A stretch of DNA of 63,395 nucleotides, counting the filler, from Nemertoderma westbladi (taxonomy: Eukaryota > Animalia > Xenacoelomorpha), in NCBI GenBank assembly GCA_032718475.1. It is 3 parts of 3 records of this genome, joined end to end, with 100 filler letters (N's around TTAATTAATTAA, not from the genome) between each part and the next. Parts side by side here need not be neighbours in the genome. Positions count along the whole stretch, not along the records: positions 23,062 to 48,585 come from JAUCBJ010008155.1; 2 more parts are not named here. One strand, written 5' to 3'. A program made the translations under genes and the position numbers. How positions within the stretch are numbered: the stretch's first letter is position 1; every line of letters begins with the position of its first letter. Below are positions 26,131 to 38,711 of this stretch, one piece after another. The notes beneath the pieces are model-generated. The model did not search any database. It was not told where the DNA came from and saw only the letters and a program-made list of their open reading frames with translations.

Positions 26131-26640
26131 ATGGAAAAGGGATCAGCAAATCCACCCACCATTGACTATGTGGTTAGTAGTTTGGAAATTATCAAGCGAT
26201 GCAGCTCTTTTACAGTAAACGACCCAAATGAGTTTACCAAACACTGTGTTTTGAAAATGACTATGACAGGTAACACTATATCGCAGCTGCAAACATCACC
26301 CAGAACTAACCAGTCTGACACTCAAGGGACTACTATAAACAATAACAAAAAGTACTTCTGGAAAGAAAAATATTCGTCCAAATTTAAACAAGACTTAGCT
26401 TCAACTGAATTCCAGGCTAAGTTAGACGATGCGATTGATTTAGTTACGGTCAGCAAAATAGAGAAAAACGATATCGACTGTGCGGCAGAAAAATTATGTG
26501 ATAGTTTATCAGGGGTGGCTGACAAATATTTTGCATCCGCTAACAAACTGAGTGCTACAAATGATTCATCTAGAGTATCTCACCCGTGGTACAATGACGA
26601 CTGTCGAAACAACAGATGTCTATTTCAAACAGCCATGACA
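26131..26640 (+). mobile_element. LINE fragment (end of APE endonuclease plus linker)
   Basis: TIDYVVSS...FTKHCVL (degenerate SDH) and HPWYNDDCR; may belong to the element at 27995. Confidence 0.6.
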
Positions 26641-27065
26641 AGGCTTCCCGGAAAACATGCAACAGCGCAACGGTGCAACAGCACAACAGCTCTATAACCA
26701 ATGGGCAGCATTGGCGCAACAGCACAACAGCGCAACAGCTCTATAACCAATGGGCAGCATTGGCGCAACAGCGCAACAACCTAAGATTGGTTTATACATT
26801 CCACTCTAATTCCATTGGCTTGTACATTCTGTTGTGTTCTATGACATTCCCTTTCTGTAGCGCCGAATGCGCAACAGAGTAATAAATAAATAAGGTACTG
26901 TACGTTCTAAAAGGGATGCGACCTATAACAATCCTAGTACCAATATGGAACTCACTTCCCAGTGACGTTATCGAATCAGTAAGTGTTAAGTCCTTTTGTG
27001 ACAAACTTAAAACTTGTAATTTATTAGAACATTGCCATTTCAATAGATTCGATTAATTAGGACGC

Positions 27066-27459
27066 ATGAGGACTAAATCACTTGAACAACGAATTGATGG
27101 TTGCTACACAAGACTACTAAGGGCAACCCTAAACATCAGCTGGAGACAACACATGACAAACGCCGAGCTTTATGCTACAATACCACCTGTATCAACCACC
27201 CTCCGTGAATGCAGATTAAGATTCAGTGGGCACTGCTGGCGAAGTAAAGACGATGTCATACCAGATCTACTTCTCTAGCAACCAACTCATGGAAAGCGTA
27301 GTCGTGGACAACCTGCCATAACATATATAGATCAACTTGAAAGAGATACTGAACTTGGGAGAAACGAAATTGCGACAACTATGGAGAATCGGGAAGCGTG
27401 GAAGGATCTCATTTCCACTGTCAGAGTTCGCTCGACCTAGTAGTAGTAGTAGTAGTAGT
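27066..27459 (+). mobile_element. 5'-truncated RTE-clade LINE, second family
   Basis: IDGCYTRLLRATLNISW...RLRFSGHCWR; (TAG)n tail; GACGCATGA duplicated at 27061 and 27460. Confidence 0.88.
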
Positions 27460-27994
27460 GACGCATGATCATTCATTATTTTTAGTTTCTACTCAGTATG
27501 CATAAACTTTTGTCCTTATAAAACATAAAATGTTTTTATAGAAGAGTGAACAGTTATTGATGGTGTGGTTATTTGTAATTATTGCCATTTCTAATTCAGT
27601 GTATTTAAATGTAAATTGTTGATTTCGTTAGTTATTTGTTTTATTTTATAATTTTAATAAAAAGAGAGTTCAATTCAATTCAATCCAATGCAGAGCTATA
27701 CCGAGCTAAAACCGTCCTATACCAAACTATAGTGATGCCATAGAGATAACAAGTGCAACCAATCATGGTAGACAATTTAGTCTCCCCCTTCCCTTGTCAA
27801 GGGGTTAACATATTAAATATACCCTTGCCCTCTCGTGAACAAATGCAATAAAAAGCAATGGAGAATCGATAAGAACCATCGGCCTATTTCCTTTGTAAAC
27901 TATTTTTGAACTCTAAACATTATTAACACATTTTAATGCGCGCAATGCATGAAGTGAAGCATATGTAGTCTTAGCGTATGCCACTACATAGAGT

Positions 27995-30830
27995 ATACAG
28001 GTATTGGATACATTACAAAACTTGGTAGTTTAGGCTTTGGAGGAAAAATCTTCGGAATCGTAAAGAGCATTTACAGCGCAGTTAAGGCTCGGGTTAGGTG
28101 GAACAATAATTATTCCGATCAGTTTGATATACTTGTAGGGGTAATGCAAGGGGATGCTTTATCCCCCCTTCTCTTCTCTCTATTCTTGAACGACTTGGAG
28201 GCAGAATTGGCAGCTGTTGGGTTTGAAGGTCTACATGTAGGTGATCTACAGTTGTTCCTCCTATTATATGCTGATGACGTCATTCTCATGGCAAATGGCG
28301 CAACAAAACTGCAGACATCTTTGGACACATTGGGTTCATTTGCGGATTACTGGTCTCTCGAGGTAAATTTGGTAAGTAACACAGATAAATGGATTCAGGA
28401 ATAAAGAACAGTACACCAAATTTTATGGTATACGGGGAAAGTGGCACGGTACCTTCAGCCTTGCGTCGAAAATTTTACGTTGTAAAATTTTGGACGCGCA
28501 TAATAAAGTTGCCAGATAACCAGTTACTAAAACAAACGTACAATCTTCTCTATCAGGATGTACTGAATGACAACTCAGTGGTTAACTGGGTTAACAAGAC
28601 CAAGTGGTAAATTCAGAACCCCTACTACTACTAGGATCGGCATGCTGCATTGCAGCTGCATTTTTAAGAATGCTGTGCCGGCTTGTCAACAAAATTGCAG
28701 CGCCACAACTCCCTATCACCCATGACATTTGCTAGATCATCCGCATCTTTAAGGCCAGTGTCCTTTAAGATGCGTCTCAAGAAAGTCATGGGCTGTCCAC
28801 CATGCTTATTCACTCCATGAGGCTGCCAAAGTACAAGATTATGCACTGGCTGGTCCTCACGGCGAAAGCAATGTCCTGCAAAGCGGAGGCGATTTTGTTC
28901 TAGTGTCAAGCTTGGGGGAACCAATGAGACACCTCCAATGTTATATAGTGTCTGGTTGGAGATGTGTGCATTGTACTTGACACAATGAACCCGGCGTAGC
29001 ATTCTTGTGAATGTGCCATTCAGAGATTTGGTGTCCTCAGCAGTTAGAGCCCAGCATGGACTCCCGTAGAGGAGTACTGGAACTACTGCTGCTCTAAATA
29101 ATCGGACCTTAAGTTTCCGATTAATTCTCGGTGACTTCCAAATCCTGGAAAGCCTATTCAAAGCTGCCCATGCCTTTCCCTTACGTATTCGAAGGTCCTC
29201 ACCTGACTTCCGGATCCATGATCCCAGGTAACAGAAGTCGTCCACATGCTCAAGCATACCATCCTTTGAGCTTATGCTCATCCGATCAGTTAATTTCTTT
29301 CTGGAGTTAATAAAAAGACCAACACTAGAAGCAGCATGTCCTAATGAGCTGAGGAGCCGTTGGGCTCCCTCTAATGATTCTGAGAGTACTCCTAAGTCAT
29401 CAGCAAAGTCTAGATCAGTTAGGTACTTGGCAGGATTTCCTCGACTTCTGGAGCCAGTAGGTGGAGTTATCATCACACCATCATCATTATGATGATCTAA
29501 GGACATGCGTAGAACATAGTCAACCACAATAATGAACAAGAATGGTGCAAGTGTGTCTCCTTGGAGGACGCCCCATAACACTTCAAATGGTTCTGTGTCA
29601 CCGTCAACAGTAGACACAAATGTTGTCGAACCATCGTATACTGATCTAATTGCTGCAATAATTTCATCAGGAATCCCATATAATGAAAGTATGCTGAACA
29701 TACGTGAGCGAGAGACTGAATCAAAGGCCTTGAAGAAGTCAACAAAGATAACAGCCAGATGCTGGTCTTTATTTTTTGATAATTCTTCAATTATCCTTCT
29801 AAGTGCCAAAATGGGCTACATGGTCCCACGACCTTTACGGAACCCATTCTGATTTCCACGGAGCAGTCTCTCAATGGGATCCCTGATGCGATTTAATAGA
29901 ATCCTATTGTATAGCTTTGCAGCAATCAAGATCAATGAGATTCCCCGAAAAGAACCATAGAGTGTTAGGTTGCCCTTCTTGGGAACTGGCACCAACTTAT
30001 TTGTTTTCATTTCTTGCGGGACTCTTGTTGTTCGGTACATGTCTACTATGGAAAGATTTGTTGGTCGGGGTGGAACATGAGAGTAGCCTCCAACTCCAGA
30101 TCCCTCTCCCCATCACAATCTGGCCTCCCTGGTGACCCAGGGTTTGGGCCAGAAAGGTCATCAGGAAAGGGATTCAAAGAATTGTTGGCTGAACTCTCTC
30201 CAGTAGGGGGTGAGACAGGCAGCTGGTCAGTAGTAAACTGACGCCTGTGAGGCCGATTGTGTCCGGTAATTCCACTGGCCTCTAGTGGCCGGACCTCCGC
30301 ACTAAAATGTACTGAACGACAACTCAGTGGTTAACTGGGTTAACAAGACCAAGTGATAAATTCAGAACCCCTGTTTTTGTTCAAAGTAAAAAAAATTATC
30401 AAAGACCAATTTGTGCAAGGATGGTGGTCAGCTCTGGCCGGATCCCCTAAAGGATAGTTATATAACAAAAGGAGCTTTGAAACCGAACCGTATCTGGACA
30501 GCCTAAAGGACTCACCGCGACTCCGACACATTCTAGCTAAATTCCGTTGTTCATCACACGACTTGCAAATTGATGGCGTAGGGTTCCGCGAACTGAAAGA
30601 ATTTGCGAACTATGTAACCTGAACCGAATAGAAGACGAACTGCACTTTGTACTCGTTTGTCCCAAATATTCAGAACTCCATACATCGACAATTGGTACCA
30701 TCAATGACCCAATCCCCACAAATTCAAGATCCTGCTATCAAATAATTATCAGGCAATCACAAGGAAATTAGCACTATTCTTATTCTATGCGTTCAAAACT
30801 CGGTCAAAATTTATCATAGGTAATAATAAT
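27995..30830 (+). mobile_element. Decayed RTEX-like LINE split by an RTE insertion
   Basis: GVMQGDALSPLLF, LLYADD and NFMVYGESG before the insertion; KFRCSSHDLQI and CELCNLNRIEDELHFVLVCP after it. Confidence 0.75.
28624..30306 (-). mobile_element. RTE-clade LINE (frameshifted RT) with 66-bp target-site duplication
   Basis: PVPKKGNL, QNGFRKGR, FVDFFKAFDSV, GVLQGDTLAP, DFADD, YLGS; (TAG)n tail; 28558-28623 duplicated at 30307-30372. Confidence 0.93.
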
Positions 30831-31298
30831 TAAGATAAAAAAGAGATAAATATGATACGATTTACAAACGATAACAAAGCATATGAACGTGAACAAATAT
30901 GTAAACATAGCATAGTATTGCATAACAATAAACAGTAATCAAAAATGGAACAGTGTAATAACCCCCGCCAATTGGCTTCTCGGTTGTTGTTGTTGCAGGT
31001 TATCCATCACTCTAGTTATTCTCCAGTGCTGTTTATTAATATCTGTAGGTATATATTGTTATACAGTATATGGCTTGTTAATCCATGTTGTAGAACATAA
31101 ACACCATTGCAGTACGTTGTCGCCGCCCCGAAAACCAGTTGTTTGTGTGGTTTACTAGATCTGTGGAACATGTCATGTATCATACTGTGCATAGTCGTTA
31201 TTAATGGTGAAATCAATATTGTTGACGTATACTGTATAATTAACAATTTACTGGTATCTCCAACCATAATACTTATATTGTATTAGTGTTGCTTTGAA

Positions 31299-32211
31299 TT
31301 AAGGGGGGGTACCCCCCCTTAATACCCTATATTTTCATGGCCATTACTATTACTTTGAATGAAACTATGTATCTTTTGTGGGGTTCGAGCAACCACAGGG
31401 AGGTCAAATAATGATCATAAACAAAATATTTGTAATTTTACGTCGCCCTCTAGGGGGCAGGTGCGCAAATGCAAAATTCACTTAAAACGCTACTCTACCG
31501 TCAGTTTTGGTCCAAATTTGGTGAAATTAGCACTATTTTCCTCAGGACGGTTCTGCACATGAAACATACTTGGCAGAAAATAAAATTTCGATTTAATTTT
31601 CATTTTATAATTAGAAATATTATTTTTCACTTAAAAATATGGGTTTTTTCATGAAAAATGCCGCATTGGAGCAGTTAGGAATAAAAATTAAAAAATGTGG
31701 CAAGTATGTTTTATTACTGACAAAGGCAGCACCAATGTATAAAAAAATTATGAAAATTGGTTCAAAAATGGCGGAGGAGTAGTATTTTGAAAAATGGAAA
31801 TATCGTGAAATGTAATTCCGAGAAAATTTGCTTTAAAATTTGAATCTTCCCGCTCAAACCTGACTGTCTGTAGTCTGTTAACGGTCAGTAATGTTGGACA
31901 CTATGTCGTCATACCAACTCACTAAAATTATCAATATGGGGGTTTTCGGGGTCGGTGATTTCATTTCTGATCTCTGTTTTAATGTTTGGTGGTATCTAAT
32001 ATGTCTTGTCTGACAGCATGTCTGTCTGTCTGTCTCCCAAATTTTGACGGACAAATTGAAAGACGGAAAGACAGCGATAACTCGAGAACTAAAAAAGATC
32101 CCGCCAAACTGTTTCAAGATTTGAACTCCCCATTAAATTCTGCATCAGATGAAATAGAAAACCCAAAATGTGAAAATTTGACCCAAGGAGGGGGTACCCC
32201 CCCCCCCTTAA
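31299..32211. mobile_element. Non-autonomous TTAA-flanked DNA transposon (Kolobok-like termini)
   Basis: Starts TTAA-GGGGGGGTACCCCCCC and ends GGGGTACCCCCCCCCCC-TTAA; no ORF. The internal GGTTTTCGGGG..GGTGATTTCATTTCTGA motif recurs near 52125. Confidence 0.6.
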
Positions 32212-34860
32212 ATAAATAAATGTTATTCTATATTATATCAACACAATGAGCTTCTTGAAGGTGGAACTCAAAGGTAAAAAATCCCTGAAACTTCCCCTGA
32301 ACGAGGAACAGTGAACCATGGTGTATGACGACATGCTATCATGATTCTAACATACTTCGTTATAGTCCCACTACTCCCCCACCTGCAGAACCCATCAAGT
32401 TTGTTAATTTTACGCCAGCGAATGAGCTCAACCAATAAATGCAGAATAAACGCCTCCGTGATATAATATGGTAAATGAATGAAATGCAAATAAGAACGAT
32501 TCATTCAGTGTTATGATCTTAGTCATGAATTCATTATAATAATATAATTGATCCGAGATAACCTACCAGCCATGAAATATAATGCATTAGTTCAAGATAA
32601 TCAGCTACAGTAAACTAGATGGTGGTGCTAGTGCACCGCGAAAGAAGCTCTTTAGCTTCAGACGACTGTTCAATTGTACACGCCTTCATTCAAGTTACAC
32701 TCAAAATAATTTATATACATCAATAATGTTTATCACATAAGTGCCTATATTATGTTCTCTAAGAGTTAATGAACAGAGGGCGGCACATAATTATTGACCT
32801 TATCGATAAGTTTGCTATATTATTAGAAGTTCGTTAGGACTTCTTACCACGCTTCCACAAAATTTGAAACCTTCCGGAAACCACAATTTTTAATCGAAAA
32901 ACAGTGTCACACTCTCCTAGAGTGAAAGCGAGCATATTGGGGGATGGTTGAGTGCATAGGGCGGCTGCAGCACTTTGTCAGCTGATTTTAATTCTTATTT
33001 TATTTATTTATATCAATTTGAATTTGAATATTTTCCCCCGTATTCAAGATCGTCATAAATTAATTAGTGTAAACCACTGCAGTCGGCCGCTGCTTATATC
33101 CAACTGAATGGTAAAGTCAACTAATAGTTGAACCATTCCATGTACTGAGCTGTTGAGAAGTATAATTCCAGTGCCAGTCCAGTTTCCAGTCCATCATTAT
33201 CATTACATTGCTTAATTTGAATATTATTCTAATTATATACATAAGCATTGTGACTTAAAAAAAGAATCCAAATAATACTGTCCAAATAATAATCCAAATA
33301 TGATTTGTCAACTCCTGCCTACCTAACCCGGAATTCCCCATCCCCCGTCTTCTAAGGGATTCAAATTTGTTAGCTCTCTATAAATAAATTTTTCAACATA
33401 CTGACATTATTATATTGTTAAAAATATAAGATTAAGCAATAAGATTGTAATTGATTGGAAATAAATGATATTCCGAAGCATTTTTATTCAACAAAATTAT
33501 ATAAACAAGATACAGAAGTTTTATGTGGAAATAAATGATATTCCGATGCATTTTTAATTCACTGAGCCATAAGATATTGACTTGAAATTCAGAAATTTTT
33601 ATAGTAAATTTGTTCAAAAATTTTTTTCAAAAAATTTTTTTCTAACATTAGTTTTTTACTTTTCTCAGAACATTCTTTATCCCTTTTTGGTCGGTTTCTA
33701 TATGAAACCGATATGTAATTATGAAATTAATATTTGTAATATATGAAATTCCATATATGGTATAATTTTGTAAATACGATCTACTTTTGGGGGTTTAAAT
33801 TATTGTTTAGGTGCATAAATTATATTTCCATTGCATCTCAGTTTTTTAGTGAGTCAAAAATCTTCGTAATTTTTCAGAACCTTATGGAAACATAGTTTTC
33901 GGGTTTCCACATTTTGTGGAGCCCTGCTTCTTACTGTAAAAGTATTCATTATCTATATATGTATGTATGTCCAGTATATAGGGATAACTTCTCCGAAGCT
34001 TTAGCTCATCCGTCAATGAAAGTTATATCAATTGACGACGCTCAACCAGGATGTGGAAAAAAAGTTTCGAAAAAATTTATTAAAGCGTCTTTTATTTATT
34101 TAGAAAATTAGCCCCATAACACGAAAATTGCCATAGACTCAATGACTCATACCATAGACTTAAAACACCAGCTCTGCTATACCATAGACTCAAAACACCA
34201 GCTCTGCTAGCTATACCATAGACTCAAAACACCAGCTCTGCTGGTGCTAATGAGGGCCTAGTAAGCTACTACTATCAATTGATTGAATGGATAGGCCCAA
34301 ACTGCAGAGAAGAGTATATTACTTCCAAGTTTGTGTGTCAACTAATAGTATATTATTGTAATATAGTTGGTGTAGGCCTATACATGTTATTGTAGTAGTT
34401 TGTAATGTATTATCCCGCCAGCTGAATAGCTCTTTCCAGTGTGCCAACTAATAGTATTATATTATTGTAGTATAGTAGGCCTATACATTTTATTGTAGTA
34501 GTCTGTAATGTATTATCCCGCCAGCTGAATAGCTCTTCCCAGTGTGCCAACTAATAGTATATAATGTATTACCCCGCCTGCTGAATAGCTCTTCCCAGTG
34601 TGCCAACTAATAGCATTGATAGTAACAATGTGTTGGCAAGCTGTATTTTTCGAGGTGTTTGTTATTATATATTTATTATAGGAAGGGATCTAGGGGTCTT
34701 AACCTCGAATGATAAGTTTATTTTACCGAAAATAACTTATCTTTTATTGGCGCAATTGTAGGACTAATTCCATCACATGCGTACTTTTTAACCGGGCAGT
34801 GTACAAATTTAGGAATCGCGTAATTTTTCTTGAAATTAATATCTCACATATCTCTCCAAA

Positions 34861-34901
34861 CCACATACGCGTTTCGACCTTACTGGGTCTCATCCGCGTG
34901 G
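34861..34901 (-). ncRNA. Minimal type-I hammerhead ribozyme, mutated core (CGGAUGA)
   Basis: CCACG CGGATGA GACC CAGTAA GGTC GAA ACGCGT A TGTGG. Confidence 0.75.
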
Positions 34902-35274
34902 TGTCGGATTCGAACCTGGGACCTCGAGGTGGAAACCGAGACAACAACCACTAGGCCACAGGTTCTTGAGATATGGAGTATTAATTTCAAATTCAGCTGC
35001 CATTTTATTAGCCCCTGATTTTTATTATTGATAGTAACAATGTGTTGGCAAGCTGTATTTTTCGAGGTGTTTGTTATTATATATTTATTATAGGAAGGGA
35101 TCTAGGGGTCTTAACCTCGAATGATAAGTTTATTTTACCGAAAATAACTTATCTTTTATTGGCGCAATTGTAGGACTAATCCCATCATATGCGTACTTTT
35201 TAACCGGGCAGTGTGTACAAATTTAGGAATCGCGTAATTTTTCTTGAAATTAATATCTCACATATCTCTCCAAA

Positions 35275-35315
35275 CCACGTACGCGTTTCGACCTTACTGG
35301 GTCTCATCAGCGTGG
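35275..35315 (-). ncRNA. Minimal type-I hammerhead ribozyme, intact core
   Basis: CCACG CTGATGA GACC CAGTAA GGTC GAA ACGCGT A CGTGG: stem I CCACG/CGTGG, stem II GACC/GGTC, palindromic stem III, GUA cleavage triplet. Confidence 0.9.
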
Positions 35316-35379
35316 TGTCGGATTCGAACCTGTGACCTCGAGGTGGAAGCCGAGACAACAACCACTAGGCCACAGGTTC
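35312..35379 (-). promoter_or_regulatory. tRNA-derived internal Pol III promoter (also near 34898-34965 and 35716-35783)
   Basis: A box TGGCCTAGTGG, anticodon-like CTCGG-CTTCCAC-CTCGAG (TCC, Gly-like), B box GGTTCGAATCC. Confidence 0.8.
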
Positions 35380-35678
35380 TTGAGATATGGAGTATTAATT
35401 TCAAATCCAGCTGCCATTTTACTAGCCCCTGATTTTTATTATTGATAGTAACAATGTGTTGGCAAGCTGTTTTTTTGTGGTGTTTGTTATTATATATTTA
35501 TTATAGGAAGTGATCTAAGGGTCTTAACCTCGAATGATACGATTTTTTTTCCGAAAATAACTTATCTTTTATTGGTGCAATTGTAGGACTAATCCCATCA
35601 CATGCGTACTTTTTAACTGGGCAGTGTGTACAAATTTAGGAATCGCGTAATTTTTCTTGAAATTCATATCTCTCCAAA

Positions 35679-35719
35679 CCACGTACGCGTTTCGACCTTA
35701 CTGGGTCTCATCAGCGTGG
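35679..35719 (-). ncRNA. Minimal type-I hammerhead ribozyme, intact core
   Basis: Identical to the copy at 35275..35315. Confidence 0.9.
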
Positions 35720-38711
35720 TGTCGGATTCGAACCTGTGACCTCGAGGTGGAAGCCGAGACAACAACCACTAGGCCACAGGTTCTTGAGATATGGAGTATT
35801 AATTTCAAATCCAGCTGCCATTTTACTAGCCCCTGATTTTTATTATTGATAGTAACAATGAGTTGGCAAGCTGTTTTTTTCGTGGTGTTTGTTATTATAT
35901 ATTTATTATAGGAAGGGATCTAGGGGTCTTAAACTCGAATGATAAGTTTATTTTACCGAAAATAACTTATCTTTTATTGGCGCAATTGTAGGACTAATCC
36001 CATCCCATGCGTACTTTTTAACCAGGCAGTGTACAAATTTAGGAATCTTATCATTCGAGGTTAAGACCCCTAGATCACTTCCTTTAATAAACTAATAGTA
36101 TATTATTGTAGTATACTAGGCCTACACAAGTTTGTAATGTATTATCCAGCCAGCTGAATAGTTCTTCCCAGTGTGCCAACTAATAGTTATTATTGTAGTA
36201 TAGTAGGCCTTATTGTAGCTCTAGCCAATCAGGGAGTGAAATGCCACAACACATTGTCCAAAAATCTGCGGAAAAATTGATTGAGACAGGAAAGAAGCTA
36301 AGAACTTCTTAATAATACGCCCTCTAGCGGCACCATCTTTATAGTTTGATATTGATATAACGTGATGCGAAATAAAATTTAATGATTATCTTTTATTTTT
36401 AATAAAATAAATAAGGCCTTTCTTTTAAATGAAATATTTCCATTTTCGATTAAAAAAAAATACCACTCTCATTGATATTGCAATCCCTACCGGTACTATA
36501 ATGCTCTTCTCTGTAATCCTATAAAGTTTATTAATATAATATTAATTCTAATAATATTCCATGTTGTACTTTGTGATATTTTATACCAAACTGTCTTGAC
36601 CACCGATAGTCCGCTTGTATTTAGCTAGCAAATCCACCCCCCATATAAATCACACCGTGGCAAGTTTGCGAACATAGCCTGCCCATCAGCTTTATTAGTT
36701 AAGGATTCGCTGCGCGGGGATTAATATTTTAATAAATATTAAGTTTATTGGCGGTTTATTATTAACTATTCATTACAAGAAAAACAAATCGTCTTTTTTC
36801 CCGATGACCCTGTGCGCCCCTTAGCTAGTGAGGTTAATATTATACATCAATGGCTCGGTCATAAGGGAAGAAAAGACTATTTGAAAGGTATTTTTGTTCC
36901 ACAAAATTGCCTTTTCACTAACCCTGACTCGGAGTAAACCATTGTTCCGGAAGCACACTTAGCTCTCTGGTCCCGGTTAGACTTTGGATATGTACGAATA
37001 TGCCTAAATACCAGAATTGCAAGGAATTGTGGGTACTGTTGTTAGTAGGTATGAATAGCAGGCATACACATACAGCAGCAGCATTAGAACACATTACAGG
37101 AACCTCTCGCTTTTTTTCATAGAATGATTCAGTTGTTATATTATTGACCCAATGTATTTGAGGTTAAATCCGCCATTTTTAGGAAAATAATTTATAGCTG
37201 ATATTTCACTTCCATCCAATGTATTTCATAGTGTAGTATATTTCGGTGTATATTTTGGTGTAGTTTATTCAAACTACAGTCTTTCCCGAAATGTCCATTA
37301 TAAATACGTTATTTTTGGTATAAAATAGATTATTTAGCTTAATTTATGTAGCTTACAGATCTCACTCAATGTATCATCTTGGTAATAAAGCCTATTCTGT
37401 TTACTATCATTATTATGCATTATTAAGCCTTTAATCACTCAAGCAATTAAATAGCCTATACAACAAACATGTTGATGAAATGTTGTATGTAATCGGTGAG
37501 GTAGTTAGGCGTATCTCTATTTCTATTATGCTCAATCCTACTTCTTTCTATATGCTTAAGTGATGTGTTCTGCAATCAGTATCTTTACCTGCAAAATCAG
37601 AGATTAATATTCACATCATCAATGATGTGGTAAAATATTAATGACATATATATTTACTGTTTCATTTTTATTTTCAATCAGATCAATCCCTCATTCGTAA
37701 CAGTTTGCAAACACACCATTGGAAGCCCATCTTCAACTTGAGCATTAAACATGTAAGCGGAACAAATATGATGAACGGGTGGGTGTACTAGAACTTCCCA
37801 CCTTTACCCTGGATGATGCATCACCGGCTGCTACCCAGTTTATTAAGGTCATCCCATAGAGGCCCTGATTGACATCTGTAATACCTTTATCTTTCGATCT
37901 TCATCTCCAGTCGACATAACAAAATGCTGCAGACTCAATAGTATAATAGTATAAAATAATAAGTATAGATCAATAGGAAATAGATTTATTAATTAATTTA
38001 ATGCTTCTGTAGTTTTATTAGTCATTCTATGTTTTGTTTCGTCGCTGTTGCATTGTTTGTTAATTGTTTTAAGTAATTTATTTGTTCATTATTTCCTGGT
38101 GGCGATGATTTCGATAATTACTTTAATTTATTTAATTGTACTTTATCATGTACTTATATTGTCACCAAAACTTACTATCAGAGTAGTTAATCAGCAATTA
38201 TTGTACGATCAAGTCATAAAGACAATCTCAGTTCTTAATGAGCCAATCGCCAATTTCAAGACTTGTGCTCATCATCTTGCCAGAATGTGCCCCTCTGCCC
38301 AATGGATTTTCTCACGTTGTATCTCTCACATGGACTTGTCCTTGTCTTACCCATGATAGGGTGGTGATCAGTGTGAAATGAACACACTGTAAGAGATCAA
38401 CAATTCAGACATGAACTGTCCAGACTTTAAATAGCCTACCACATGGCAAATAATTTCTTCACCCGACCTGGTAGCTAAGTGGTATTAAAATACCTAAATG
38501 AAGTGCCACTGAGTAGGTTATTGGGCCGTTTCGACTGGAGACATACATGTAAAATTGTAAAGCTTCCATGTGACCCATTTATTTATTATATTAAGCAGTA
38601 ATTGCACAAAGTAAGTACTGTACATTATACATAAATTGTTAACATTGGGGTGCTAGCAGAATAGCTAGCTGTCCTAGTGTCCAGAATAGCTCAACTGTCC
38701 TAGTGTCCAGT

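Larger units (their letters stand above)
34615..36091 (-). mobile_element. Retrozyme-like tandem array: ~3.5 units of 404-414 bp, each full unit with a tRNA-like head and a hammerhead ribozyme
   Basis: Units start at 34615, 35027, 35441 and 35845. Terminal 36047-36091 is an inverted piece of the unit. AACTAATAG at 34605 and 36090 flanks the array. Confidence 0.85.

Noticed and set aside
35312-35379. Functional tRNA-Gly genes
   Set aside because: Acceptor and D stems pair poorly and the sequence is embedded in a repeat; better read as a SINE-type promoter.
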